The notes under the pieces: generated by a model
The model's input: the letters and a program-made list of their open reading frames with translations, nothing else
What the model was told of the DNA's origin: nothing
Databases searched by the model: none
Made by a program: the position numbers and the translations under genes
Part shown: positions 49,229 through 63,490 of the stretch, one piece after another
Position numbering within the stretch: the first letter of the stretch is position 1
Layout of the letters: the number at the start of each line of letters is the position of its first letter
From: Vicugna vicugna
Taxonomy: Eukaryota
Length of the DNA: 64,000 nucleotides
Direction of reading: 5' to 3'
Assembly: GCA_013265495.1 (NCBI GenBank)
Contig: MU058198.1
Span: forward strand, 384,419-448,418

Positions 49229-52200
49229 CTGACCCCAAAACACAATTGGCCTTCTTATAAGAACAACAGCAAAATACAGGCCCATGGTTTGGCTTTGTCT
49301 AAAATAAAAGTTACACATGGCTGCATCTTCCACCCATTTTGACATGCATGGTCAAGTTTTGAACAGCTCTAAATATGTGGCAGCTAACCAGGCATCTCAT
49401 TGCTGACAACCGTCTCCTTTCATCCGTTCAGTGGCTTCTTCCACAGCTGGAATAAAATCCAAAGTCTTTTAACACAGCCTAAGAGGCCCCACATGACCCT
49501 GCATGGCCATCTTTCCTTACATAGGGCCACTCTGCTATAATGACAATGGCTTTTTAACCTTTCCATAAACACACAAATCTCCCACCCCTGCCTCAGGGCC
49601 TTTGCACTTGCAGCTCTCTCTGCCTTCTCCGCTTCCCAGGGCTGCCTCCTCCTTTTTCCTCAGGTTTCACTCAAATATCCCCTCCATGGATTCTGCACCA
49701 CCCCATCTAAAGTTGTAACTCCTCCTTGGAGTCAATTTCTTTAATTTCCTTCACAGCAATGAAACTATGCTGCAATCATCTTATATATATGTGTTTACTG
49801 CTTGTAACTCCTTCATGACTAAATGTTAAATTCCTTGAGGGCAGATACCCTGGCTGTCTTGCCACCTTAACATCTGGAATGCCTGGATATAAATACGGCC
49901 ACTATTCAAGTAATGGATAAATGTGAGAATAAATGACTTAAATAGTAAAATAACCAAATACTTAGTGAGCACCTCTTTAGGTCAGTTGCAACTCTGTTGT
50001 ACAAGTTCATAATCATTACTCACTCAAATGCTTTCATGGCAAAAAACACACTCTGGCACTTGATATAAAAAAAACATCAAATGCCACATACTCTGTAGAC
50101 AAACCAGGGTATTTTTAGGATTTGCTACTGAGTTGTAGAGACAATAAAAGTGGAAGGAATTATAGCAGTCAGTCCTGCCGCAAAAGGTTCACAGCAAAGA
50201 AATTTATATCAGACCCACCTGGGGGGCTTTGCCAAAATGCCGACTCCCAGGTGGTCTCACATCCTGAGATTTCTTATTCAGCAGGTCTCATGGATGGGGG
50301 TCTAGAAATACGTTATTGATAAAGCTCCATGGTGATTCTAAGGTCCCACCCCAGGTGAATGGTCTGATTTAGACCAGACCTATATTTCACAGATGAGAAA
50401 ACGAAGATCCAGAGAAGGGAAAATGATTCCTCTAGATGCAGAGAGCTAGTAGCGGAACTGGGGCTACTGTGAGGATGATGATGATGATTCCAATTTAAAA
50501 AATGTCTACAAGGCACCAGGCCTAGTACTGAAGTCTTTACCTGCCTTGTTTCAGGTAATCCATCCATGAGCCCTTCTAGGTGTGTGAGTTTCACAGATGA
50601 AGAAAATGGGGTTCAAAGAGGTAAAGTGACATTTGGACCTTGGTCTCTGGACCCCACAGTCCACCCTCTTTGCCACACTGAAGCACCTCCTCCTCCCTGG
50701 ATAGGCCGCTCCCCATTACATCACACCCACCTTCCTCCAGTTGTCCCCACAAAGCAGTCAGGGCTCTGAGGTGATGGAGCTCGGGCAAGGTCCGGAAATG
50801 GATCCACTGCTCGGCCAATAAAGCTTATTTCTTCTTCAGGGCCTCTTCCAAGGCCCTGGGAGCACCTCTAGGAATGTGCTCTTATGGCCTTGTTTTTATT
50901 TGTTATAATTTACAGAAGATACTTTCATACTCTTTGTCTTAAAGAGGGCCCTTCCATATTGCCTAAGCTGCAGGTCCGTAACACTTGGATCTGCCCCTGC
51001 CAGGAGCACAGAACAGCAAAGCCAGAGCCCCTGTCAACCAACATTTCCTTACCAAGCATCTCTCTGCCCTCAAAATAAGCTATTGTTCCCGCCTGTCAGT
51101 ATGCTTCATGTGGGGGATGGACACACATCAGTTAATTTTCATCTCATAGATTCTGACTCGACATGAGTGCCCAGCTGGGCTCTGGGCTCTTCTCTGTGGT
51201 GGTGAACCCTGGTCCCCATGGAGGACAAACTCAGACCCCAACACCCTGGTCCCTCCTACACCTGTGATAAGGAGCTTCACAGCTCCATGGCTTACAGCAC
51301 TGCCCGAGCTCTCATAGGAGCAACGAAGTAGGTAAGAGAGGTGTCCATCCAAGCAATCCCCTTGGGGCAGGCAGGAAGCTGTCCATTAGAAGTTTGTGGT
51401 TCTCTTTCCACAGTACAGTGCTAGTGGGAAGTGGCACCAGCCAAGGACAGCATTTCCCAGCCTTCCCCGCAGTTAGCTATGGTCATGTGATCATCTGTAG
51501 CCAATGGACTATGAGTGATGTGCATCACTTCCAGGCCGAGCCCATAAACACCCTCCATGTGATACTCCTCCAAGGTCGTTTTCCCTTCCAGCCCTCCAGA
51601 GGAACATCAAAGCCACATGCTGAAGATGGCTAAGCTTCAGTCAACCTGAGTCCCAGCTGGACTGAGAAGAAGCCTTCCATACTAGCCTGTGACCCACTAA
51701 GAACTTCATGTAAGATACACAACTTCTATCAATCATGTCGGACAATTGTACTTTTGGGGACAGTTGTTTGTTAATGTAATTAATATTCCTCACTTTTCTT
51801 GGGAATTGGCATCACCCACTAAAACACTTGTCTACCATGGTAAATGCCATGTTCTCACAGGACCCTAACTCATTGGCCACAATTGGAGAGTAGAGGTTGG
51901 GTACCTCAATGAAGCAGAGCCAACAAGTCTCTCTGAAGGATTTCTGAACCTGTGACCCTGGGATTCCACATAAGGAAGCTGCCACCAGGAGAATCTGAGA
52001 GGAAGGAACCCTTGCTTTGGGTTGTTTTGAAGCCATATCTATATCCTTGTCCTTCCTATAATCTGGAGTTTCCTCCCTTCCTTGTTTCTTTCAGCCACTC
52101 GAATCCCTTTCACCCCAGTTAGTCATAGTTGGGTTTCTGCCATTTGCAACCCAGTAGAGACCTGGTCTGCGTACACACCAGATCAAAAATAAGGTTGGGG

Positions 52201-52451
52201 AATGGTACCGGCAAAGGTGTTCAATGATGATCGATTGAAGACTCCAGGTTGCTACTCCAGCTCCCAGATGCTGGGCTCCCTTTCCTCCAGGTCTCCACAG
52301 CCTCCAACACACCCACAAACCTTCCTCCACAAAGCCCACCCCCGGACTCCGCTCATCCTCTGGGCAATGGCTCCTGGAGTCCATGGACCTCCAATAGACT
52401 CTGGCCATCAAGAGTAATCCAAAGAGAACACAATGACAAAATTGACTTTAC

Positions 52452-52597
52452 CTTTTCACTATCCAGAGAAGACTCAGGGCCAGGTAGGCAACTGTGCTTA
52501 ACAAATAAGCCAGAGGCAGATCATAGATGAAGTTCTGAAATTTCACCCCGTCAATGGTGTAATGTCCATAGAAGAGGCAGGTATCCTCCAAGAAACC
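52452..52597 (-). CDS. TMC7: TMC7 exon 6 ([49 protein letters not shown])
   Basis: 146 nt, AG/GT; LFYGxY and YxLPLAY motifs. Confidence 0.96.
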
Positions 52598-52789
52598 CTG
52601 AAACAAAGCCAAGGGCACGAGGTCAGACTGGTTGACTGCAGGGAACCAGGAGATCAGTCTCTGCCTCAAGGAATTCACATTCTGGTGTCATTGTTCATCC
52701 CTGAATTCCCAGAGACTGGGAAAATTCCAGAGGTATACAGGGTGCCCAGTTAGTGTTTGGGGAATAAAGCACAGAAAAAGCCTGAGTGT

Positions 52790-54580
52790 TAAAAATACAC
52801 AGGTGTACAATCCAAAAATAAAACCGAGGAAACAATTCCATGAGCAATAACAGCAAAGATAGTAACATACTTAGGAACAAATTTAACAAATGAAGTGTAA
52901 ATCTTTATATTCTTGGAACTATAAAACATTGTTTAAAAAATTAAAGAAGATCTAAGTGAATGGAAGAACATCCCATGTTCATGAATCAGAAGATCCATGG
53001 CAACACTCCCCAAAGTGATGTACAAAAGCAACACATCCCTATCAGGAGCCTAGCTGGCTTCTTGGTAAAACTGACAAGATAACCCTAAAATTCGCATGGA
53101 ATTGCAAGAGACTCAGAATAGCCAAAATAACCACAAAGAAGAGAGCTGAGGACTCACACATCCCAGTTTCAAAACTAACTAAAAAACAACAGTAATCAAG
53201 ACACGGGGGGCCTAGCATTAAGAATAGACATACAGATCAATGGAATAGAACTGAGTCCAAATATAAACCCGTACATCTATGATCAACTGATTTTTAATAA
53301 GGGGGAAAAAAGAAAGTTTTCAAGTACTGAGACAACTGGACAGCCACGTGCAAAAACAAGTAAATAAATAAATGAAGTTGAGCCCTTCCCGTATACCATA
53401 AATAACTTTTAACTTAAAATGGATCAAAGATCTAAATGTAAGCGCTAAAGCTACAAAACTCTTAGAAGACAGTTAAATCTTCCTGACCTTGGATTTGGCA
53501 ATGGATTCTTAGATATGACACCAAAAGCGCAAGCAACAAGAGAAAAAATAAATTGGACTTCATCAAAATTGAAAACTTCTGTGCTTCAAAGAACACTATC
53601 AAAAAAGTAAAAAGACAATACAGAGAATGGGAGAAAATACTTGGAAAGCATACATGTGATCAGCACTTGTATCTAGAATATAAAAAAATTCTTATAACTC
53701 AACACTAAAAAGATGGATAATCCAATTAAAAATGGAAAGGAGATCCAAATAGACACTTATTCAAAGAAGATAAACAAAAGGCCAATAAGCACATGAAAAG
53801 ATGCTCAACGTCTTTAGTCATTAGGAAACGCAAATGAAAACCACAAAGTAATTCTACTGCACACAAACTAGGGTGGCTATAATTAAAAAGTCAGGTAACA
53901 GCAAGTACAAACAGGGATGTGGAGACATCAGAAAATTCATACATTGCTGGTGAGAAGGTAAAATGATGCAGTCACTTTGGAACAGTCTGGCAGGTCCTCA
54001 AAAAGTTAAACATAGGGTTACCATTTGACCCAGTGATTCCACTCTTAGGCCTATACCCCAAATAACTGAAAAGATGTCCACACAAGATCTCGTACATGAA
54101 TGGTCTTAGCAGCATTATTCATAACAGCCAAAAGGTGAAAACAACCCAAATGTCCGTCATGAATTTATAAACAAATGTAATGTTTCCACACAACGAAATC
54201 TTATTTGGCTATAACAAGCAATCAGAGACTGACAGAAGCTCTAACAATGGATGAACCTTAAAAACATGCTAAGTGAAAGAAGCCAGAGATTAAAAAAAAA
54301 AACCCATACTATATGATCTCTTTTATATGAAGTCTCATGAATAAGCATTTCATAACGATACAAAGTATATTCGTGGTTGCTTAGCACTGACTAGGGGAAT
54401 TCATAGGTGACAGTTAAAGGATACAGGGTTTCTTTCTGAGGTGATGAAAATGTTCTAGAATTGATTGTGGTAATGGTTGCACAACTCTGTGAACAGACTA
54501 GAAACCACTGACTTGGACACTCTAAATGGTGAACTGAACATTATGCGAATTGTATCTCAATAGAACTATTACCAGGACAA
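52790..54580 (+). mobile_element. Old L1M (L1MB-like) ORF2 3' part plus 3'UTR, degenerate
   Basis: 'atggaagaacatcccatgttcatga', 'aatggatcaaagatctaaatgtaag', 'aaacaacccaaatgtcc', 'gatgaaaatgttctagaattga'. Confidence 0.85.
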
Positions 54581-56664
54581 AACAAAACAACAAACAGACA
54601 GACAAAAACCCCCAAAGGTGCCCCATCTGAAAATATAGCAGAGAAAAGTCTGTGACTTCTTATGGTGGGAATAACTGAACACTCAAACTCCTCCTTGGAT
54701 AGCAAGGATAGAGCATTCTAGGAGAGCGAAGAAGGGAACATACACAGAGAGCAGAAACAGTATAAGTAACACCTAGAGGTTCACTACAGCATTGCTTGTA
54801 AATTGTCATATAATTGTGTATAAAGAGGGAAAATGGAAGCAATCTGAATGTCCATCAATAAGGGACTGGCTAAATCATAAAAAAAAATAATAATAAAAAA
54901 TATTAAGAAGATCATGTAAGTGCACAAGAAAGGCTGAGAAAGCTATGAGTTGTGATGTTAAAGGTTTGGTGGTCTCTGAGAAGAGGTACTTCATTTTTTA
55001 CTCTATATTTATGATAACCATGTATTCTTATATTGAGTAGTTAAGTACAATTTTTAGGGGGGAAAAAAAAAGTAGAAACAGAAAACTATCTTCTTTTTAA
55101 CTCTCCCATAGGCAAGACACACAGGCCATTCAAGACTTGCCCAACTACACAAAAACCTGTTTCTACTGCCCTAGCTTGGTATCAGGGTTGTCATCAATCT
55201 CTCCCACGAAATAATGTAACATTACAGGACAAAGGTCCACTGGGCCTGGTAAATAATTTCTTGGATTTGATCATGAGGCTGGCCCAGTTATTTTCAGCAA
55301 AGACAAGCCACTGCTTAACCTCTCTGGCCGTCTCCCTCTTGGGCTTATTTAAATTTAAATTTAAATTTATATGTGACCTGATAAAGGTATTAGCTAAAAC
55401 TACTGCAGTAGTCATATTATAATATATACACCCATCAAACCAACAGGTGTACACCTCAAATGTATACAACGTTATATGTCAATCGTATCTCAATTTAAAA
55501 AAAGCCACACGCAAAACGATGTAAGACTGCTACCTGCTTACCATGTTGAGAACCAGCGTTTTCAGTGAATAAATGTGGTGGGCGTATGGGAATGCATTAA
55601 TGAAGGTTTTAAAAACACAGGAAAAAAGATGGTTATAAAAGTGTTACCTGCTCAGTATGTTCAGAATACTTTAAGTCAACGCATGGGATGTCGATGCTGT
55701 AATGTGTGTAGAAAAGTTTTAATAATTCAGTGTGACAGAGAAGTGTGTAAGATTGCTACATACTTGCAACCCACACGGAGAACTCTGGTATTTCCATGAA
55801 TGGATGTGACAGTCACTTTGTAATACATGTAGAAATGCGGCATTTGCTTGCAACAGCGAAAACACTGGTCAGTGAATGGATGTTCTGCTCATTCTATATA
55901 ATACATGAAGATAAATGTTTAAACACATATGAAAAATATTTGTCAGTTTACTACTTGCTTGCCACGGTGAGAACAGTAATATTACAGGGAATGTATGTGA
56001 TGGCCATTCAGTAATGCAGGTAGGATGGTTTTAAAAACACATATTAAAAAGAAATTCAAATTTAAGAATATGAAAACAAATACATGTCTGTATATGCATG
56101 ACTGGGACACTGTGCTGTATACCAGAAATTGACACATTGTAACTGACTGTACTTAAAAAAAAAGGAATTTAAATCAATAACAATAAAATTAAATTAAAAT
56201 CCAGTTTCTTGGTCAGATTAGCCACATTTCAAGTGCTCAAGAGTTAGTGGCTATCGAATTTCACAGCACAGATCCAGAACATTCTCATCACTGTAGAAAA
56301 TTCATTCTTCAGGACAGGGCTGTTCTTTTATCATGTGTAGTTTACTGAACATTTATGATCGAATGCATCCAAGTCTTCTATAAAACCTTTCTTGCGACAA
56401 AGATTGTAGTGTGTGGAGACCTACGAGGAGAAACTTCTCTGGTGGGATGTGATCTAAAGAAATGGGGCTAAAAAGTGTTCTGTGATTTTCTCCCACTTTG
56501 CTCTCATTAGCGTATGACCTCGGGTGAGCCACAATTTCTTTTACTGGGACTTATGTCAACACTTGTGTTTGGCTCTTACTGCAGATGTTCAGGAAACTGG
56601 TCTTTCAATTAATCTATTTTCAGTGTATTGAGGGTCCAAATCCAGAATTATGTTAAATACTTAC

Positions 56665-56747
56665 AGTGCCAGAAAGTAAGTCTATGATATAACTGTAAAA
56701 GTAAATGAGTCCAGAACTACTTATTGGATATACTGTGCATTGAATAT
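56665..56747 (-). CDS. TMC7: TMC7 exon 5 ([28 protein letters not shown])
   Basis: 83 nt, AG/GT, frame-consistent. Confidence 0.95.
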
Positions 56748-59274
56748 CTGCAAAACACAAAAACAAGAACATCAGTGGAAATAGTGTTACAGTCTCTAAA
56801 ACTTGTCTGTCATAATTTGTGCACATATGCATGTCTATGTATACACATTTAGATGTCACATACAATTGTGTATGGATGTGTTTGTGAACATGTGATCTTC
56901 CATGTGCAGTCCAAACCCCAGTGCACCAAGTACAGTAGCATTTTCCCCTTTCACTATTCTCCCTAAGCATTTGGGGAATAAATTTTTTTTTTTTTATACA
57001 TTTTAAACATGGGTCCACTTACAGCACACGTTTTTGGCTTGTATTGGTATTTTTACATTTTGGGATTCATATTTGCACATGTTTTGGAGGCTGTGGTAGA
57101 TATAATGATTATGCCATTTTTAAGCACATCCAGTTAAGATCTCCACATGTGTGCAAATTTAACACAGTTTTACTTTAAAAATATACATATTTACCTATGT
57201 ATAACTGACCAAGAAATTTTTTGAGTATCAATTTTAGTGACATTACATTATGCCTGAACAACTAATTCACTTCCTCTGTATCAGTCAGCTATTGCTGTGT
57301 AACAAATAACCTCAAAAATCTCAATGACTTAACCTCCAAACCTTTACTTCCTCCCTCATGGAGCTGCAGTTTGAATTCATTCAGCTGACTGAGGCTAAGC
57401 CAGGATGCACTCCAGGCACCGAGATCAGCTGATGTCTGCTCTACATGACTTCACTCTGGGACCAGGCTGAAGAGGCAATGGCTACCTGGGGGATGCTCTC
57501 CTCATAAGATAAGCCAACCACACAAACCCATTTCAAGCTACTATTCCACTAGACAAAACAAGTCATATGGCCAAGTGCAGTATCAATGGGGGCAGAAAGT
57601 ATTCTCTGCCTACAGTGCAAAGCTTTGCAAAGTCAAAACTATAGGGGAATGACACACTAGGGAAAATAATCCAATTTACCACCCCCTCTCTGAGCCTCAC
57701 TTTTTCCCTTTGTTAAAATAAGAGTGTTGAACCAGTTCCCCCCAGGGTAATTCCAGCTCTGCCATTTTATAATGGCATGTGTGTTCTAATGTGTGTTTGC
57801 TTATTCACTCAACAAACATTCCTTATTCACAGTGCATCAGGTAGCTGCTGGAGATAAAAGGATGAGGAAGGAGCAGTTCCTGCCTTTGAAAAACTCACCA
57901 TCAAGTGAGGAGTGAGGTTTATATAAGGTGTTCAAACGGTTGTATGAACATAGTATTAGAGGCAGAGAGGAGGGAGACAGTCATTCTATTTGGAGCGGAG
58001 TCAGGGAGATGGAATGAAACGACTGGCACTCTGTTCCTCACTCACTGCCCTCAAGCCTAGAGGTTGACAAAGTATGGCACTCAGGCCAATCTGGCCAGTT
58101 GCCTGTTTTTGTCAATACAGTGCTATCAGTAGGCAGCCATGACCTTTCAGGACATTTGTTCGTGGTCACTTCTGCGCCACCACAGCAGTGCTGAATAGTT
58201 GCAACAGAAACCCCATGGCCTGCCAAGACTAAAACACTTGCATCTAGCCCTTTTCAGGAAGTTTGCTCACCAGCCACTCCAGGCTTTTTGTTTCTCTAAT
58301 ATGCTGAGTTATTTCCAGCTCTGAACCTTTGCAGGTGCTGTTCCCCTGCATGAAGATGCTTCCCTGAGCTCTCCAGCAGCTGCCTTCTCCTTGCCAGCCT
58401 GGGCTCGCCTTATATGTCCCCACCTTCCCAGAGGGCTTGGGAGACCCCTCAGCTTCCAGTGTCCTGGTGTCCGATCTCTCAGCACCTTGACCCTTCCCTC
58501 TCCCCACAGCCAAATTCATACCTTACACATCTCTTCGTGTGGTCCCTTCCTAACACCCATCCCTGCTCCAGTGCATCAACGCTGTGGATGCAGGTATGGT
58601 GCTCCCTTCTGTAGCCCCAGGCCTGGCTCAGGGCCTGGTGCATGGCAGGTGCTCAATAAACACTTGTGGAAGGAATGAAGAGGGGAAGGAAGGTGAGAGC
58701 AGGAAAAGAGGGACTTCTGAGCCTTTCTTTAAGGGACAAAATTTACTAAGTCAAAAAAAAAGTATGCGCAGGAGAAGGACAGTCAGAGGAAATAATGAGG
58801 AAAAAGAAGAGATGCATGGTGCGCACGCCCGGAGTCCAGCTCCATCTTCCCCAAGAGGGCAGCCTCCCTCCACCCAAGGCCCTGCTCACGGCTGAAGGGA
58901 GACTTGAACAGGCAGTGGCCAGTGAGACAAAATGACATTCAGTTCTTCCAGAAAGAACTACTACTAAAAATAACCACACAAAAAACCAGCTGACATTTAT
59001 TGAGTACTTTCCTTGGGCACAGCACCCTATTATCTTATTTAATACTCATTTTAAAATTATGAGTATTGCTTAAATGACCACTACTTATACTTCTAAATTT
59101 TCTGCATTGAATAAGATAGAATTTATATTATTTTCAATTATTTATAATTTAAATAATAAGTCTTTATTTTTAGTGAGCTAAGTATTAAATAGAATGGCAT
59201 TATCTGAATAATGAAACAACTGTCTCACTATTTAAATGATCACCTTCATGCTACAGATAAGGAAAATGAGGCTC

Positions 59275-59510
59275 AGAAAGTCTAATCAAAAAATATGCAT
59301 GTATACACATGACTGGGACATTGTCCTGTACACCAGAAATTGACACATTGTAACTGATGGTACTTCAATTAAAAAAAAAGAAAAAGGAAAAAAGAAAGTC
59401 TAATCAAGAGCTGGGCCTTGAATGACTGGGACATTGTGCTGTACACCGACCACTGACACATTGTAACTGACCAGACTTCAAAAACAAATTTTTTTTTAAA
59501 GAGCTGGGCC
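59275..59510 (+). mobile_element. Two adjacent ultra-short L1-tail insertions inside a MIR-like element
   Basis: TSD1 agaaagtctaatcaa (59275-59289 and 59393-59407); TSD2 aagagctgggcc (59406-59417 and 59499-59510). Confidence 0.85.
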
Positions 59511-60497
59511 GTGAAACTAAACCCAGCATCTTCAAATAGCAGCAGGTGCTATTTATCTGTAAAATGGACATATTAGAAAATAAAAGTGCAGCATCTGGCA
59601 TACAGTAGGCACTCAAAGTCAGGGTTCATATATTATTCTTACTTGATTTTTAAGTGTGGTTGACTTAAAACAAAAAAACATATGAGGCGGAATGTTTAGG
59701 GCCACTGAAATGACTATAATGAGGGGTTCTTCTGGGGAGCGGAGTTATGTGAAGGAAGCACGAGGTCTCCACTTCTAGCACAGAGCCTGGTACTAGAGGG
59801 TATCCAATGAATGTCTCTGCAATGACAGAAACTCACACCATTTGAATAAACGGGATGCCCGGAAGATCTGACTTATGTTGAAAATGCAGCAAGAAAACAG
59901 GTCCAGCACCTGACCTAGTGTCTGGCAGATGACTGGTGTTTAATAAATGGAGGCCTGAGCATCGCCATTATTGGAGATTAAAGCCTTGAAATAAAGTCAC
60001 TGGAGTAGATTACCTTATATTTACTAAATATTCCACTTTCCTACCCTGCACTGCTTCTCCCAAATGCCTTGCTGAACCCAGGAGTGGTGAGTGACCTCCT
60101 TTCGCTAATAAGATGTGGCAGGAAGGTTGTATGTCATCTCCAGGCAGAAATTTTAGGAGCCAGAACATTTGCCATGGCTCTGTTTCCTTTGGACACAGTG
60201 ACTGTCAATGGTCCAGAAAGAGGCTGTTCCATCAGCCTGGGCTCCAGAGTGAAGACAACACAGAACAAAGTCACTAGCAAACAGTGATGGACATACACTG
60301 TGAGTAAGAAAGAAACCTTTGTGGTTATTGGGTGCTGAGAGCTAGGCGGTCATTTGTTTCTGCAGCATTACCTAGCCTATCCTGACTAATACAGTCGCCC
60401 AAGACTTAGAATATAAACATTCCTAGAGAAAGAAGCATTGCAGCTAGGTACACAATGAAAAGAACAGTTTCCGTGGCAAACCAGGTGTCGGACTCAC

Positions 60498-60665
60498 CCA
60501 CGCCTTTGGATGGAATGAGCACAAAGCTGCTGTTGGTGATCTTGTATCTGGTGAGCAAGACTGGAAGCAAAACCAGCATAAAGATGATCAAAAATATCAC
60601 CAAATTCAGCAACACCAGAAACCGTAAGAAAGAGAAGTAGGACTGAATCCCAGTGCCAAACTTCC
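60498..60665 (-). CDS. TMC7: TMC7 exon 4 ([56 protein letters not shown]); exons 1-3 lie outside the window
   Basis: 168 nt, AG/GT; FGTGIxSYFxFLR TMC TM1 motif; exon numbering from recalled human structure. Confidence 0.96.
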
Positions 60666-60829
60666 CTAGAAAAAAGAAATACAGATATCATTGAGCAGGA
60701 GTATTGACCCAGGACCCACTGTAGATTCCATCGGCCACTGATGGCTGAACTGAGTTTGGAGTCTTGGTGCTGGAGGAAAAAGAACCATTTTACATTTTCT
60801 ACTGTTGGCTTTAAGGCTCCACTTCCTAG

Positions 60830-62145
60830 TGGTTTAAACTTTCACATGTAAATCTACAATTAATCTTAGTCATGTGAGATTGTATGAGGGAGGGCTTCGT
60901 ATTTATATTTTCTCAGGAATAGCTAATTGACTCAGCACCATTTATTGAGAAGGCTATCCTTTCCCCAGTGAATTGCAGGAGTGCTTTGGTAACTGACTAT
61001 GTATTTATGGACCTGGTTCTGAATTCCCTGTTCTGTTCTAATGGTCTATTTGTCTATCCTTGCACCAGGACCTGACTGTATCATTATTGTAGACTTATAA
61101 TAATACTTGATATATGGTGTGCTAAGTCTTTAGGCTTTGTTCTTCCTCAGGCATCCTTGGTCCTCTGCACTTCTGTTTAAATTTTAGAAGCAGCAAATTA
61201 GTTTTCACACACACACACACAAACACATACACAAACACACACACACACATGAAATCCGCCGAGATTCTGATTGGGATTACATGGAATATATAGGTCAATT
61301 TGACAACAAGTGACATCTTTACAATACTGAGTCTTTGATCCATAAAACATGATATATTTAGGTTCTTTCATTTCTTTCAACAGTATTTTATAGTTTTCTG
61401 TGCAGAATTATTACACATAGTTCTTTAGATGTATTCCTAAGTATATTGATGCTATTGTGAATTGCACTATTTATTTTTAAAATTTATTATGTATTTTTTA
61501 TTTAGGGGGGCAGGGAGGTAATTAGGTTTCTATTTTCTTATTTATTTTTCATGGAGGTACTGAGGATTGAACCCAGGACCTTGTGCATGCTAGGCACACA
61601 CTCTACCACTGAGCCATACCATCCCCCCATTGTATCATTTATTTTTTTAATGTTTGTTACTGGTATGTAGAAATACAGTTGATTTTATATAGAGATCTTA
61701 CATCTAGCAACCTTGCTAAATTCACATAGGAATCCTAATAGTTTCTTTTCTGTTTTTCTACAAACAAATCATACCTGCAAAAAAAAGATCTTATTTCTTC
61801 CTTTCTGGTCATTACCCCTTTTTCCCCATCATTGTACCTTGGCTAAGATTTCCAGGATGATGCTGAATAGAACTGTGACAATTAGCAGCCTTTTCCTCAT
61901 TCTCAGTCTCAGGGGAAAAGCTTTTAATATTTCATCACTAAATATGATGCTTGCTGCAGAATTTATATATATATATATATATATATTTTTGCCAGATTAA
62001 GAAAGTTATCATCTATTTCTTATCTGTCAAGAATGAAAATTGAATTTTATCAATGCTTTCTCTGCATCTGTTGGGATAATCATATCATTATTCTGTTAAG
62101 GTGGTGAATTACATTAATTAATTTTCAAATAGAAAACAAACCTAC
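60830..62145 (-). mobile_element. Old L1M ORF2 fragment with an inserted SINE (about 61495-61628) and CA/TA microsatellites
   Basis: 'cagcaccatttattga', 'gacatctttacaatactgagtc', 'tagaaatacagttgattttatat', 'gcaaccttgctaaattcac'. Confidence 0.75.
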
Positions 62146-63107
62146 CAGATAGTGATTAAATTATAAGCACAGACATAAAGCATTCAAAGAATAAGGGTGT
62201 CTGCTTGTTCATGATGTGGGCAAAGAGCTTATATTCTGAGACTGAAAATATGAGACCAACAATCTTTGCTTCTCTCCTTGCCAGAAGTAAGGAGATTAAC
62301 TTAACAAACCTTCACTTCCTGCCAGATGAGTACATAGCCAGCCAAGAAACCTCAGGAGTGGAGTCACTGAAGAGAAAATCAAAGCCCAGTTCCACAGGGA
62401 GACACCACCCTCCAACACACAAGCCACTTCATAAATGAAAATCTCCCGAAAGGCCATCACTCAATGGGAGAGGAAGCCGGGCATGGCACTTAAAACCTTG
62501 GGCTCTGAAGCTTGGCTGCCTGGGTTCCAATTCTGGGTCTGCCTCGTCCTAGTCAAATATTTTAACCTCTCTGAGCCATGCAAATGACGAACACCTATGT
62601 GAAAGGTTCTTGTGAGGATTAACTGAGATCATATGAGTAAAACATTTCACACAATGCCTGGTTCACACTGAAGGCGCAATAAAGGTTAGTTTTTTATTCT
62701 TTTTTGCTCCAAACATGATGTTCACTTAAACCTCTAAAGTGGATGGTTAAAATTCTAAGTTTCTAGTGAAACCCCTTGGAAGTATGTTTACACTCTCCCA
62801 ATAAAACAACAATTAGAATAGTTCATTGAGTAGATTTTACCAATGGAATTTTATAGGTTTTAAAATGATAATAATGGAGACAGTTATTTCTTCCATTTAG
62901 CCTGTCATGTTCCTTGCAAACGTCACAACATTTCCATTTTAGCAGTTTTGAGGAGATGCTTGTCAACTGTTTTGCTTCATGGCGGAAACTATATAATCCT
63001 AAAAGTTATTCTCCCCCTGACTCTGCTATGTCACCCAAATGTTCCAATGTTTTTTTCTAATTTTATATTTTGGGATAACTGTCAATTTTCATATTCTTGC
63101 TATGGAC

Positions 63108-63488
63108 TAAATTGTGTCATGTCCCCCCCACCCCCCCCCACCAAAATGATATGTTGGAATTCTAACCCCCATCATGATGGCTGGTAGTTGGAAATGGGCC
63201 TTTGGGAGGTGATGTGGTTTAGGTTAAGATCATGACGGTGGGGCCCTCATGATAGGGTTAGTCCTTTTATAAGAAAAAGCGCCAAGCTTGCTCATGTATG
63301 CTCTCTCTCTCCTCTCTCCCTCCCTCCCCCTTAAGCCCACATAAGCAGGAGGTCGTGCCAGGACACAGGGAGAAGGGGGCCCCAATCTCAAACTTCCAGT
63401 CTCCAGATCTGTAAGAAAATCAATTTCTGCTGTCTCAGCCACTCAAGTCTATGGATCTGGTTCCGGCAGCCTGGGCAGACAAATGCAA
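63108..63488. mobile_element. MLT1A/B-like LTR
   Basis: 'tgctatggactaaattgtgtc...gggtggggccctcatgataggg...ttccagtctccagatctgtaagaaaatcaatttctg'. Confidence 0.7.
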
Positions 63489-63490
63489 TA

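Noticed and set aside
55347..55368. Palindromic (ATTTAA)n run
   Set aside because: Low-complexity decay product of an L1 poly(A) tail
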